Positions 1 to 20,140 of a DNA stretch of 64,000 nucleotides are shown here, in pieces. The position numbers and the translations under genes are program-made. The stretch lies in assembly GCF_009914755.1 (NCBI RefSeq), contig NC_060933.1; one strand, 5' to 3'. The notes below the pieces were generated by a model. That model had not been told where the DNA came from and did no database searches. It was given only the letters and a program-made list of their open reading frames with translations. The stretch's first letter is position 1; the number at the start of each line of letters is the position of its first letter. The DNA comes from the human T2T-CHM13v2.0 reference genome, Homo sapiens.

Positions 1-232
1 ACCCCTCCTCTACTAAAAATACAAAGATTAGCCAGGTGTGGTGGTGTGTGCCTGTAATCCCAGCTATTCAGAGGAGGCTGAGGCACAAGAATCACTTGAA
101 TCCAGGAGGCACAAGCTGCAGTGAGCTGAGATTGCACCACTGCACTCCAGCCTGGGTGACAAAGCCAGGCTCTGCTTTAAAAAAAAAAAAAAAAAAAAGG
201 GCCGGGTGTGGTGGCTCACGCCTGTAATCTCA

Positions 233-469
<237 letters not shown>

Positions 470-718
470 TCAAAAAAAAAAAAAAAAGTTGAGATAGTTT
501 GAAATAGGTAGGAAAAAGCAACCAGTGGTATGCAGATTTGATGATCACTTCCTCCAGTATCAATTCAGTCATGGTTCTGAGCTTTACTTTTTGCTTTTTT
601 AAGTCTTAGCACTAATATTACAGTTTATCTGTGTATTATTGTAAGAGAAAATATTTTCCTTTGATCTAGTGTGATTTTACAAAAATTGGTATCTAAAAAT
701 TCCTCAGAATACTCCTAA

Positions 719-1166
<448 letters not shown>

Positions 1167-3529
1167 TGAGACGGAGTCTCACTCTGTTGCCCAGGCTGGA
1201 GTGCAATGGTGTGGTCTCGGCTTTCTGCAACCTCTGCCTCCTGGGTTCAAGCGATTCTCTTGCCTCAGCTTCCTGAGTAGCTGAGATTATAGGAGCACAC
1301 CACCACGCCCGGCTAATTTTTGTATTTTTTGGTAGAGGTGGGGTTTCGCCATGTTGGCCAGGCTGGTCTCAAACTCCTGACCTCAGATGATCTGCCCACC
1401 TCGGCCTCCCAAAGTGCTGGGATTACAGGTGTGAGCAGCCACGCCTAGCCTATTATTATTTTTTGAGACAGGGTCTTGCTCTGTCACCCAGGTTGGAGTG
1501 CAGTGGCGCAATCATAGTTCACAGCAGCCTCAAACTCTTGGGCTCAAACAGTCTTCCTGTGCACCATCATGCCTGGCTAAGTTTTCAATTTTGTGTAGAG
1601 ACCAGGTCTTGCTATATTGCCCAGGCTGATCTTGAGCTCCTAGTATCATGCAATCTTTCTGCCTTGGCCTCCCAAAGTGCTGGGATTACAGGCATGAGCC
1701 ACTGCGCCTGGCCAGTTTCTTTCTTTTTTTTTTTTTTTTTTGAGACAGGGTCCTGCTCTGTTGCCCAGGCTGGAGTGCAGTGGCACAATCCTGGCGCGCT
1801 GCAGCCTTAAACTCCTGGGCTCACGTGATCTTCCTGTCTCTGCCTCCCAAGTACCTGGGACTATAGGTGGGCATCACCATGCAAGGCTAATTAATTATGT
1901 GTAGAAATGGGGTCTCACTATGTTGGCCAGATTGGTCTCAAATTCCTGGCTTCAGGCAATCCACCCCAGCCTCCCAAAGTGTTGGGATTACAGGTGTAAG
2001 CCACTGCACCCAGCTCAGTTTATTTTAAGGTATGAGTTGATCATCTGTTTTCTTCCTGTCCATAGCGCTAGCAATGTTAATTATAGCTCTGAATACACCT
2101 TACAGCTTAACAAGAAGCATAGTAAACATGTGACTATGAGCACTTTTTTTTTTCGAGACGGAGTCTCTCTCTGTTGCCAGGCTGAAGTGCAGTGGCGTGA
2201 TCTCGACTCACTGCAACCTCTAACTCCTGGGTTCAAGCGATTCTCCTGCCTCAGCCTCCAGAGTAGCTGGGATTACAGGCACGAGCCACCACACCCAGCT
2301 AATTTTTTGTATTTTTAGTAGAGACAGGGTTTCACCATGTTGGCCAGGATGGTCTCGATCTTCTGACCTCGTGATCTGCCTGCCTCGGCTTCCTAAAGTG
2401 CCAGGATTATAGGTGTGAGCCACTGCACACGGCCTGAGTACTGTTAAATAGTATTATTATGCCTTAAAAATCCTGACTTCGGCAGTTCCACACTAATCAA
2501 GAAGAGTGTTCAGATGTGAGGCCCAACCCAGGGGGATTCTGATAGAGGATAGTCCACACCTCTCTTGGAGAGTGGAATCATAAAAGAGCTCACAACTCCA
2601 TCTCCATCTTGAGTTCAGTTCACACCTTTCTCTCCAGTGGTAGTATTCCTATGTCTCACATTTCTTTCATTGGATTCTTCTTTGGAGGAGCTAAGGGCAG
2701 AACCAAGCTAAGAAACCTGAGCAATTTATTGTCTTCATCACTGGTTTCAGAATTAGCAGCCTATGTTTCCATCCTCCCAAACATTTCAGTTATCTCAGCA
2801 CACTAGCGTGAAGAAAGATATGAATGAACTAGCATGAAGCAAATAACACTGAGTGATTCCTTCTCCTGTCCACCCCCCACTCCTCATTGTTGTCTTCTAG
2901 ATACCAGCAACTGAAAAGCAGAACAAAAACACTTGGATCGTAGGCTAACTCCTAAAAGATTGATCCCTGGTGCTGATACAGGTATGGACATCCTGACTTG
3001 CTATTTCTGGGTATCTGCACGAGGAATGGCAGCTGGATCAGAGTGGCCTGGACTGGGGGCAGTCTTTAGTTTTATTAGGAACACAGGGCCAGATCAATAA
3101 TCAATTAGAGTTGGCAGGGGACCAGGGACTTGGAGCATAAACAAGTCATGAAGGGCTAAGAATTCAGTTCAGCTACAAAGCCTCCTGTAGAAGGACCCAA
3201 AGGATGAGGAGCCAGCAGACTATTTGGAATAAGGCATGTGGCATGTGGCCTGAGACAGAACAAGAAGTGCCTGAGAGAGAACAAGAAGTTCTTTCACAGA
3301 AGGGAGTAGGGACTGCTGGCTAAAAAGGGACCCCATAAAGCCCACAAAGCCCTTCTGTGATACATGCTTTGCTGGAAAGTCTGGCTGGAAAGTGGGAGCA
3401 AGGCCAAGATTCCATGGAGGCCAGAGGCCTAGACCAAGTCAACCCCACATTCCCTAAGTCACCTTTCTTTGTGAGCATGTTCTATGGAACAAGTCCCATA
3501 GTAAAATACCAAAAACCTAAGAGTTCAGT

Positions 3530-3755
3530 TGCACATGTGTACCTTTTTCCTTTTATAAATATTCATGACTCCTCCTATAGCTTATTAAATACATATATTC
3601 AGCCACCTTGTTCAACATAAATTCCTGTCCCCTTTGCCCCTCCCTCAGTTTGTGTTTCTGACTTCTGGCCAGAGGCTGTACTTCCCAGACTGTCAGAATG
3701 GCCACCCTGCAGACTGCAACCCTTTGAGAAATAAAGCTCTCCTTTCCAATTTTTA
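3530..3755 (+). mobile_element. ERV1 LTR fragment (MER39/MER34-like)
   Basis: CTTCCCAGACTGTCAGAATGGCCACCCTGCAG...GAGAAATAAAGCTCTCCTTTCCAA resembles the MER39/34 3' end. Confidence 0.6.
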
Positions 3756-3803
3756 AAAATAAAAAAACCTGATGGTAAAGGAATGAAGCTGCTTTTGTTC
3801 TAA

Positions 3804-3953
<150 letters not shown>

Positions 3954-4970
3954 TAGCTGGGATTACAGGCACCCGCCAACACGCCCAGCTAATTTTTGTA
4001 TTTTTGGTAGAGATGGGGTTTCACCATGTTGGCTGGGCTGGTCTCAAACTCCTGACCTCAGGTGATCCACCCACCTGGGCCTCCCAAAGTGCTGGGATTA
4101 CAGGTGTGAGCCACTGCACCCGGCTGACAATGAAGATTTTACAAATACCTTCTAAATTCATTTTGGGAAAGGCTAGTTTCAGCCCTTTCCAAATGTAACT
4201 CGTCTCCTCTGGGGAGCCCTCTCAAATTGCTTTAACTTACTCATCTCCCCTTCCTGTCTTGCAGCCTTTGATCATATAGGAACCCATGTGTCATGTTCTG
4301 AACCAGTCAGTCTCTAAGGCAGGTGCATAGAGCAGCTGTGTCCAGCTTGCCCTGGAAAGAACAAGTACCATGTGGCAGAAGAATAGGGACGGCCTTGCCA
4401 GGCTCTGCGGCCTAGCCCTGGTGGGTTTCCCAGAGATGACTGTGTGAGGAAGGGTGGTATGATTTGGCAGTTTCTCTCAGCTACAGCTCCAAATAGGCTC
4501 TAGAAGAGCATCACTCACTGTGGTCACTGTGTCTTCCCCTTACAAAGGGCAGTGAAGGTCTATGGTTCCAACTACAAAAAACAAAAATTAATATCCTATT
4601 CCCAGAGTACTATGCAAGCACTTTCAGCGTCATTCTCAGGGCACCATCCAAGCAGACAGGGCCTATTACCAACCCTTACTTATGTAACAGAAGTAACGTC
4701 ACACTACTTCAGTACCCTGGGCATATCCACCCTCAGCTGGACCTCAGAGCAACTCATCTTGGGCTAGAGTTGGGGACCCAGAGCAAGCAGGTCTTAGTAT
4801 TTGTGCCTGCACTTGACCTGCCTCTAACCTGGAGGTAATGGCTTGTGTTCCCCTTCTGCCACAAGCAATCCCAACAGCTCAAGCCAACCTTCCAACTAGT
4901 CATGTGGGGCCTTTTTGGCAGGCTCCTGGCTACACAATACTCACTCACACCATTGTGCACTGGAATAATT

Positions 4971-4976
4971 TTTATT
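4971..4976 (-). terminator. Likely DCAF12 polyadenylation signal AATAAA
   Basis: Canonical hexamer followed by GU-rich sequence on the minus strand (GGTGTGTGAGTGAGTATTGTGT). An alternative ATTAAA lies at 5169-5174. Confidence 0.65.
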
Positions 4977-6456
4977 TTTTTCCTTGGCAAAAAGTCAAGT
5001 GCTACATTTTTAAAAACAGAAAATCTCAAACAATCAAACGCATTACCCATTACAGAAGAGGGTCTAGCAATAGTACAAAACATCCTACTGAAGATTTTTT
5101 TTTTAAATATACAAGTCAGTTTAAAATGATAGAAGTTCTGTGAGAACTAAGAAATCTACAGCCTGTAGTTTAATAATAGAAAAAAAATTAAGACAATTAA
5201 AAGATCTATAGCATCCAGCATTTTGCTTAATTCCCTGTTTATAGCACCTATTTCTCTAGGTTCGAAGATGAGAATTCCAGAACCTGTGGTATGTGCTGTG
5301 TAACAAGTTAGGGTGGACTTGCTGTCTCTCCTCTCCAGTAGCCCCCCACCATTAAAAGGAGAATATATATATAATTTTTTTTCCAATTTCCCTTCTTACA
5401 CCCAGAGAAGAGGGGGACAACTGGGAGAACAAGTTAAAAAACTGGGGTGCAGGAATAAATATGACTTTTCCTTTCCCCAAAATGGGATGTTGACAGAAAA
5501 GCAGAGTATGTGCTTAGAGGAACTGGTGGGTGGGAACAGCTGTTATCTTTGACATGATGTGTAAAAATCAGGGAACAAGTGGACATCACAGTCAGCTGCC
5601 TGCAAGTTTAAAAACCTCAGACTAAACAGACAGTTCAAGGGAGGAACAGACAAATTACTAATCACATTGATGCTGTCACATGCACAATGATGCTGACTGC
5701 AGGCCAGCCTGTCACCATCTCAGGGCTAAGCCAACAGAGTAGGAGGGGTGGCTTCAACCCCAAGTCCCACTGCAGTAAGAAAATGAATATTCCACACATG
5801 AAGCACTCACTACACACAGATAAACCCCCTGCTCACCCCCACCTTCTTAGACTTAACCCAATTTAGAAAATAATAGCAAAACCCACTGGGGAGATTGGAA
5901 GAATGGCAGAGAGGATTCTCCTCAAAGCCACGGGGGCTATGGATGTGAATCTTAGCAGACTTGAGACTCCCAGCTCCAGGCCCCTTAAAACCAGATCAGG
6001 TCTTGAGGGGAAGGAGAGAGAAGCTAGGATGGGGATTCAAGTCCCATGAAGCCTTTTGTAGCCTCTGGAGCTGCACCTGGATGGTGAGTCTGATGTTTTA
6101 GGGGTGTGGCTACTGGCTAAGCAGATGTGAGGGTGGGAAGGGGAAGTGACACCAACTTCCCACACGGGGGACACACAGGTGGGAAGACAGGTAGGGCTGG
6201 ATCACTTTGCAGTCCTGGCATGGGAGGCCCCAGGAAGCCTACAATCTAACTAAAAAGATTTTCCCAGTGGTAATTTCTTTTCCTTTCTGTTTTTACTTCC
6301 TATTATCAGTGTTGTTAGACTTAAAAAACAAGATACAGACTAGTCCCAAAGCTGGACTCTGTGAATAAAGTTGTTTCTTTTATAAATATTTTAATTACAA
6401 GTAATCCTCACTCCAGGTAATTTCAGTGACACACAGTACCTACAGGCACACAAGAT

Positions 6457-6510
6457 CACACACACACACGCAGACAAGATCTCTCTCTCACACACACACA
6501 GACACACACA
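6457..6510. repeat. Compound (CA)n/(CT)n microsatellite in the DCAF12 3'UTR
   Basis: Direct reading. Confidence 0.9.
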
Positions 6511-6923
6511 GCTCCCAAACTTTCACAGAAAGTCTGAGAGCAACCATGTAATTATAAAGGAGCCCTACCTCTCAAGAGTGAAGTAAGGGTGAGAAAGACT
6601 ATGTCATTTCAGCCTGAAGAAGCCAGAGACAGGAGAATGTGTGTCACTTAAAGAAAAATAGGGATTAGCAACAATGTTTGGTTGAAAAGCCAGAAATAAT
6701 AAAAGATAGTAAAATTTTGATTACCAAAGGGGAAAACAAAAAGCAAAACAACTTTCAGATTTCTGTACAGAGCTTCTTCCTATTAAGTGCCTAAACTATA
6801 GGCAAACTTTGGTGTTCCCACTAAAACACAAGAGCCTCACACAATTAGGAAAAAAAAAATCAAAAGAAACAAGGAAACTGAGAATGGAAGTTAGTGTAAA
6901 TCTCTGCATTTGGGGAGTTGTCA

Positions 6924-7082
<159 letters not shown>

Positions 7083-7948
7083 CTACGGGAAGAGAAAGAG
7101 ACTACAATTAGCACCTCTAGCCATGGGGCAGGAAAAGGGGGAGGAAGGGACAGGAATGCTTTCTGGTCTCCTTAAGGGAACAGGGTTCTACAGGTACAAC
7201 CTCATGTCAGGAGATTGGCTGGTTGGTTCTCATGGGAATCAGGGCCTCATTTTTCCAACTAAACGTTAGAGAAGAATGGAGCAGCTGAAGAATTGCTATA
7301 CAAGGCTCAGTTCTTCTCAGGAGACTTAGAACCAAAGTTCTGTTTTCCCTCCACCTGCTAGGCACAGGAGGAAGAACCAAACACTTGAATAATTCACTGG
7401 AGGTGGGGCGCAGTGGTTCATGGCTGTAATCCCAGAATTTTAGGAGGCCAAGGTGAGAGAATCACTTGAGCCCAGGAGTTTGAGACCAGCCTGGGCAACA
7501 TGGCGAGACCCCATCTCTACTAAAAAAAAATAAATTAGCCGGGCACAGTGCATATGCCTGTGGTCCCAGCTACTTGGGAGGCTGAGGCAGGAGGACTGCT
7601 TGAGCCCAGGAGTTCAAGGCTACATACAGTAAGCTATGATCACACCACTACACTCCAGCCTGGGCAACAGAGTGACCCTGTCTCAAAAAAAAAAAAAAAA
7701 AAAAATTCACTGACAGCTGTGGTGGGAGGTCCCTTATCCTTCTTGCTCTATTACACCTTGGGGAAAATCCTAAGTCAACCAGTGTGTTTTACTGGGCCTC
7801 AGTTTTCCCACAGGCAACGTGCAGACATAAAAGCAAAATCGGGGGAAGTCTTTTCCTGTTCCAATGAGTGCCTCTTACTAGTGAAAAAGTATGAGTAGAT
7901 GGTGTGTCAGTGGGGGCTGAGAGATAGAGGAAGATAATTTTTCTGTTA

Positions 7949-8221
<273 letters not shown>

Positions 8222-8511
8222 CTAGCCTGAATTTCTCCAACACTGAGTTTTCAACGTCCACCCTGCTCCCCTCCACCCGCCCCACAAAGTATCAGACAGT
8301 GTTTTCCCAATGGCAAGTTAGCTCATGCAAAAGCAAAGAGAATCCTGATGCCATCCTGCCTATCCACACACTGACAGAAACCATCCAAGAAGCCTTGGAA
8401 AAGTGTCAGATTCCCGATGATGCTCAAGATGCTTTTGGCCGAAGACCATAAGTGCTGAGAACTTCCTTGCTTCCTCTCAACTCACTCTGGGATCATCTTT
8501 CATAACTCTAA

Positions 8512-8907
<396 letters not shown>

Positions 8908-9258
8908 TAGGCATGAGCCACTGTGCCCGGCCACAATGCAAGAAGTCTTTATCTAGTATTAGGTGTTTTGAGAGTGGCAAAAAGCCCAGAACTTAAATAC
9001 CCAAAGATGTTTAAGACAAGTCATGTAATTACTTTAGATCACAAGGAAAACACATCTGCTGTACTTGGGGATCAAATCAGTGCTTGGGATATGAAGATGT
9101 CTCTTGGCACATAAGAACTGGATAATATTTGTGGAACCAGTATTTCCTTATTAGGTATGAAAGTTACCCCCATTAAACAGTACCAAAAATCTCTTAAAAC
9201 TTTTCATTGCATACATTATTACAGCCAAACCTATTTAGTCTTTTCTCTTTTTTTTTGA

Positions 9259-9585
<327 letters not shown>

Positions 9586-9698
9586 TAAGCATTTTAACTA
9601 TAATTAAGAACAAATAGGCCAGGCGTGGTGGCTCAAGCCTGTAATCCCAGTACTTTGGGAGGCCCAAGGTGAGTGGATCACTTGAGGTCAGGAGTTCA

Positions 9699-9872
<174 letters not shown>

Positions 9873-11043
9873 CTAGGTGACAGAGCAAGACTCATCTCAA
9901 CAACAACAACAACAAAAAAGAAATAGCTGGGCACAGTGGCTCACGGCTGTAATCCCTGTAATCTTAGCACACACTTTGGGAGGCTGAGGTGGGTGGCCCA
10001 AGAGTTTGAGACAACTCTGGGCAACATGATGAGAACCTGTCTCTACAAAAATACAAAAATTAGCTGAATGAGGTGGCGGACGCTTATAGTCCCAGCTACT
10101 CGGGAGGCTGAGGTGGGAGGACTGCTTGAGCCTGGCAGGTGGAAAAGCTGCAGTGAACTGAGATTGCACCACTTTCCTCCAGCCTGGCTGATAGAGTGAG
10201 GACCCTGTCTTCAAAAAAAAAAAAAAAAAAAAAAAACCACAAAAAACCCAAAACAAAAGCTACTTTGCAGTATCTGCACAGGAATAAACACTACTTGAAA
10301 AAGAGAGGGTGAACTGCAATCCACAGTGTGCCTTTTAGGACTCTCAGGATAACACAGCCATATTTTTGCATGAGAAATGGGATAAAGCGAGAAATGGGAT
10401 AAAGTGAGATAAAGAAAATACAATTTGTTAAGTTGGATTCTGGTCCCTAGCTGTTCCCCCATCAAGCTGTGTGATGCTGGGCAAGTTATTTAGCTGGCTC
10501 TAGGTCTTATATGTAAAACTATGTTTTCTCATCTGCTTCCCACAGGGTTCTTGGTATGATGAAATGGCATGTCAGAAAAAGGTATTTTGAAACCTTCAAA
10601 GTACACTAAAATAAGTATTTTTTCCCTCTTCAATAAAGAATGAGGGTGCTCTTACAGAGAATATGTTATAAAAGATTTGAGGTGGAAGCTTAATTTACTC
10701 AGTGGTCAGAACTAAACTCAGTATTTTCTTCAGCCTTATTGAGGTTTGTCATACAATATACGACACATAAAGTATACAATTTGAGGTTCTGACATATGTA
10801 TATATCCATGACATCATAACCACAATCTACATAATGAACATACTCATTACCCTGAGGTTTCCTCATGCCCTTTGTAAACTTCCTCCTTATCCCACCATGC
10901 CACATCTTAGCATAAATAGAATTTTAGTTCAGGCAGGACCACAGCAAAAAAATTACCACAGGATAGAAAGTAGGGCTCTCGGCCAGGTGCAGTGGCTCAC
11001 GCCTGTAATCTCAGCACTTTGGAAGGCCGAGGTGGGTGGATCA

Positions 11044-11394
<351 letters not shown>

Positions 11395-11398
11395 CTAG

Positions 11399-11598
<200 letters not shown>

Positions 11599-11720
11599 TA
11601 GTAGAGACGGGGTTTCTCCATATTTATTGGTCAGGCTGATCTCAAACTCCCGACCTCAGGTGATCCGCCCGCCTCAGCCTCCCAAAGTGCTGGGATTACA
11701 GGCGTAAGCCACCACGCCTA

Positions 11721-12113
<393 letters not shown>

Positions 12114-12874
12114 TCATATAAAAGCCACATAAAATCAAGCCCTGATTACAGAAATAACACTCTGTTCCACCCCTAGGTATACAGGAGAAAGAGGAGGTGA
12201 ATGTTAATAAACGGTAAGACCTAGATACTGAAGGAGATAGGTTGGGGAAAAGGTAAATCTGGAATAAATAATCAGAAGTAGCTGGAAAGGCCAAGGCCTT
12301 TCTTGGTAGGCTGTTTCAACTATTCAGGTTGTTTCTGGGAATCGTTCCAGGGCACTAAAGCCATAGTCCCACTCTGTTCTGTCTGCCAGGAAGGGCCACC
12401 TCAGTGCTTTTCAGATAAAGAGGCTGATCTCTGGCTACCCCCAGCTCACCTTCCCACCTGAATGGGAATTGTACGCTATAGAAAGCACGCCCATGGGACT
12501 AGCTTAATCCCAGATAACCCACATCAGCCTTAACCCTGGGTCTTCGTCAGTTAGCAAATCCTCAGTGGGTGCATACAACACATAAGACAGCATACAAGGT
12601 CAGTGGAGCTCAAAGGCTATTGTGACATGAAGGAATCACTAATTCCTGGAACCCTGCTTCCTCTTGCAAAGTCCTCAAGGATAAGAAGAAGAGAAAAAGC
12701 TGGGCGTGGTGGCTAACGTCTGTAATCCCAGCACTTTGGGAGGCTAAGGCAGGCAGATCACCTGAGGTCAGGAGTTTGAGACCAGGCTGGCCAACCTGGT
12801 GAGATGCCATCTCTACTAAAAATACCAAAAATTAGCTAGGGGTAGTGGTGCATGCCTGTAATCCCAGCTACTCA

Positions 12875-14295
<1,421 letters not shown>

Positions 14296-14572
14296 TGTAA
14301 ATTAAGTCTATTTTCTCATTACCTTACATGATTATTTCAGAGATGGTTTATCTTAATTTGATCGATCTTCAATTGCCAAAGGTTCCTAACACTCAGGATT
14401 TCCTTCCCTTACAGCATGCCAAGTAGTCATCAATCTATAAAGAAATACTTAAATGCATTGTTGAGGAGGACTGCTAGTCAAAGGAGCCTCTCAGGAAGCT
14501 TATGCAATAGGAAAGAATCACCCTGTCTTACTCTTTAAAAGACTTTCCTGCAAGAGAGGCACACCAGACTCA

Positions 14573-14792
<220 letters not shown>

Positions 14793-15281
14793 CAACCAGA
14801 TGGGTGTGGTGACACATGCCCATAGTCTCAGCTACTTGGGAGGCTGAGGCAAGAGGATCGCTTATGCCCAGGAGTTCAAGGCTGCACTGATCCATGAGCC
14901 ATGACTGCACTCCAACTTGGGTGACAGAGTGAGACCCTGTATTTATTGTCTTTAAAAATAAAAATACCAACCTGGCCAACATGGTGAGACTGTGTTCCTA
15001 CTAAAAATACAAAAAAAATACCTGGGCATGTTGGCAGACGCCTGTAATCCCCGCAGCTACTCAGGTGGCTGAGGCACAAGAACTGGTTGAACCCAGGAGG
15101 CAGAGGTTGCAGTGAGCCAAGATTGCACCACTGCACTCCAGCCTGGGCATCAGAGCGAGACTCTACCTCAAAAATAAATGAATAGATAAAATAAACATGA
15201 AAAAAAAGCTCAGCTAGAATTACAGTATTTTAACTGTAAGGTGAATTATTAGGTAAAACCACAAAATCATGTTCATCACAC

Positions 15282-15347
15282 CTTAGATAGTGTATTTTCA
15301 GCCTTCCAGAGATGAAAGTAGCCATCCAGAGACACTGCTCCCAGTTC
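15282..15347 (-). CDS. DCAF12: DCAF12 exon 6 (ELGAVSLDGYFHLWKAENTLSK)
   Basis: 66 nt; TAG acceptor; AAG|GTGTGA donor; WD-repeat end motif SLDGYFHLWK. Confidence 0.94.
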
Positions 15348-16152
15348 CTACAAGAGCAATGAAAACCAGGTTATATTATCATCTATAGCAACTAATGTAC
15401 GATAATAAGCAGGCGAGGATTCTAAGGTCAGGGTCCTTTACTCCTGTCTCGTGATGATTCCAGCAGAGGTGCCAGTAATTATTAGACCATTACTTCACCC
15501 TACAGAACCTAGCTGAATGGCATATTAAATTGAGGCTGCCAGCAATAACACAGGCACCCATGGTTGAAAAACTCCTCACTATGCTATCACTCCCTCAACG
15601 TCCTGTTGGAGAGTTAAAGCAGGGCACACATGTGAAGGACAGTTTCATAATCTAGTGTGAGAATTTCTATAAGTGAAGACTCTAATTTAGGAGAGATTAA
15701 TCTACCCTTAGGCCATAAATACAGATGGGATAGGAGGTTGAGGGAACTACCCTTCAAACTGTGGCCTGATTCAGATTCTGGAGAAGCCTTTCTCTGGCTC
15801 TGGGTGTATATTCTGACACTGCTTTTTTTTTTTTTTTTTTTTTTTGAGATGGAGTCTTGCTCTGTCACCCAGGCTGGAGTGCTGTGGCGCAATTTCGGCT
15901 CACTGCCAACCTCCACCTCCTATAGTTTTCCTGCCTCAGCCTCCTGAGTAGCTGGGAATACAGGCATATGCCACCATGCCTGGCTAATTTTTTTGTATTT
16001 TCAGTAAACATGGGGTTTTACCATGTTGGCCCAGGCTAGTCTCAAACTCCTGACCTTGTGATCTGCCTGCCTCGGCCTCCGAAAGTGCAGGGATTACAGG
16101 CGTGAGTCACTGCGCCTGGGTGACACTCTGCTTTATTAAAACCTCAGCATCA

Positions 16153-16497
<345 letters not shown>

Positions 16498-16890
16498 TCA
16501 AAAAGAAAAAAAAAAAAAAAAGGAATGAATACCAAAGAGAAAAAAAGTGATTGTTTTCAGAAGCAAGTATGAAAATCATGCCCAGAATACAGCACCTGCA
16601 AAGGCATGTGCAAATGACAGACAGTCAAATCAGGGTGGCCCTAGGGGAATTCTGTGAGGCTGACCCACAAATATAGACCACTCAGAGAAATACTGCAGAC
16701 ACCAATTGAAGGGGTGGGTTTCAGAGCCTCAGTTATAATTTCTCACCAGCATCACTCAGCCTTTAAGAGGTGTTCTGTGGGCTCAGAACCATGCTATGTA
16801 GCAAGCACTGATGGGGAAGGAAAAAGGAGTGCATATCCCAAGACATAAGCAAGAGGAATACACGTCAGGGATCCCTACACAAGTTCATAC

Positions 16891-17084
16891 CTTGTTCTTG
16901 TTGTTGAAGGCCAGAGCCCGAACCTTGCAGTTGTCAGGGTTTGTGTCTTCTTTGGGGATGTCCTTTAAGGCCTTGTGAGTGATGTGTGCATACACAGGGA
17001 CCCGTGACACATTGTGTCTCGCATCACTTTTGGTCAAAACATCATCTGTCACCTCCCAGAGTCCCATAGAACCATCACGTGAGC
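16891..17084 (-). CDS. DCAF12: DCAF12 exon 5 (GSRDGSMGLWEV...ALAFNNKNK)
   Basis: 194 nt; CAG acceptor; AAG|GTATGA donor; matches ORF 16885..17067. Confidence 0.95.
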
Positions 17085-17293
17085 CTGCAGGGCCAGGAGA
17101 ACACAGATGTCAGATGTACCCACCCCTCTATGGGAAATCCCACAGACGCCAAAGAGGGCTTTCATAGTCTAGCTGTTTGTGCATCATCCTCATATGTGCT
17201 GAAGCTTGGCCAGATGGCCCACCCTAAACACAGAGCAGTAGGCATTTTAATAGCTACACTAAGAGAATTATTCACCTAAGGTCTAGGCATTAA

Positions 17294-17555
<262 letters not shown>

Positions 17556-17620
17556 TGAACTCCTGAGTTCCAGCGATCAGCCTGCCTTGGCCTCCCAAAG
17601 TGCTAGGATTACAGGTGTGA

Positions 17621-18035
<415 letters not shown>

Positions 18036-18082
18036 TGATCCACCTGCCTCAGCCTCTCAACGTTCTGGGATTACAGGCATGA

Positions 18083-18439
<357 letters not shown>

Positions 18440-19657
18440 TAAGCCAGTGCACCTGGCCAAAGCTTAGTAATTTTCTATGCCAAATGTTTAGGTCTCTTGG
18501 CATGCATCCACAGCTGACTTTTAGTGGGCAGTAGGGCTTGGGAATCCTCCCCTCTAGAGCAGTGGTACTTAACCTTTTTTGAGCCTTGGACCCCCTTATG
18601 TCTCTCTTTTTTTAGAGACAGGGTCTCACTTTGGGGCCCAGGGTAGACAGGGCAATAGTGGCACAATCATAGCTCACTGCAGGCTCAACTTCCTGGGCCT
18701 AAGTGATCCTCCTGCCTCAGCCTCCTGAGTAGCTAATACAACAGGTATGCACCCCCATGACTGGCTTTTTTTTTTTTTTTTTTTGAGATGGAGTCTCACA
18801 CTGTCACCCAGGCTGGAGTGCAGTGGTGCGATCTTGGCTCACTGCAAGCTCCGCCTCCTGGGTTCACGCCATTCTCCTGCCTCAGCCTCCTGAGTAGCTG
18901 GGACTACAGAGGCCCGTCACCACGCCTGGCTAATTTTTTGTATTTTTAGTAGAGACGGGGTTTCACTGTGTTAGCCAGGATGGTCTTGATCTCCTGACCT
19001 CGTGATCCACCTGCCTCGGCCTCCCAAAGTGCTGGGATTACAGGAGTGAGACACCACGCCCAGCTTCTTTTTTTTTTTTTAATACAAGGCCTCACTCTGT
19101 TGCCCAGGCTGGAGTGGAGTGGTGCAATCTCAGCTCATCCCAACCTCCACCTCCTGAGCACAAGTGATCCTCTCACCTCAGCCTCCTGAGTAGCTGTGAC
19201 TACAGGCACACCCTACCACACCTGGCTAATTTTTGCATTTTTTTTTTTTTATAGACAGGGTTTTGTCATATTGCCCAGCATTGTCTTAAACACCTGGGCT
19301 CAAGTGATCCAGCTGCCTCATCCTGTCAAAGTGCTGGGATTACAGGTATGAGCCACCAAGCCTAGCCTTATTTTTTTAATTTTTTTTTGTAGAGATGGAG
19401 TCTCGATTTGTTGCCAAGGCTAGTCTTGAACCCCTGCCCTCAAGTGATCCTCATACCTCAGCCTCTCAAAGTGCTAGGATTAAAGGCGTGAGCCACCATA
19501 CCCAGACTAGGCCTCTTTTTCTAGAAAATTACACAAAACACCACATTTTACATTCAATTTCAGGGAGACCCATGGATTTCCTGAAATCCATGGGCTTTCC
19601 ATGAACCCACAGGGACCACAAACCCTCCCCAACTTTTTTTTTTTTTTTTTTTTTTAA

Positions 19658-20140
<483 letters not shown>

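Larger units (their letters stand above)
4955..6923 (-). other. DCAF12: DCAF12 3'UTR (~2 kb)
   Basis: Alu-free unique sequence downstream of the stop codon, ending near AATAAA (plus-strand tttatt 4971-4976). Confidence 0.75.

Noticed and set aside
2440-2820. Unique purine-rich minus-strand stretch that might be a decayed retrocopy
   Set aside because: No recognisable protein motif, poly(A) or TSD; a BLAST search would be needed.
10372-10404. 17-bp-period direct repeat GAGAAATGGGATAAAG x2
   Set aside because: Ordinary slippage duplication with no supporting context.
19569-19594. Perfect 12-bp inverted repeat CCCATGGATTTC-CT-GAAATCCATGGG
   Set aside because: It lies in what looks like a decayed hAT/MER DNA-transposon relic and is too short for a pre-miRNA or other ncRNA call.
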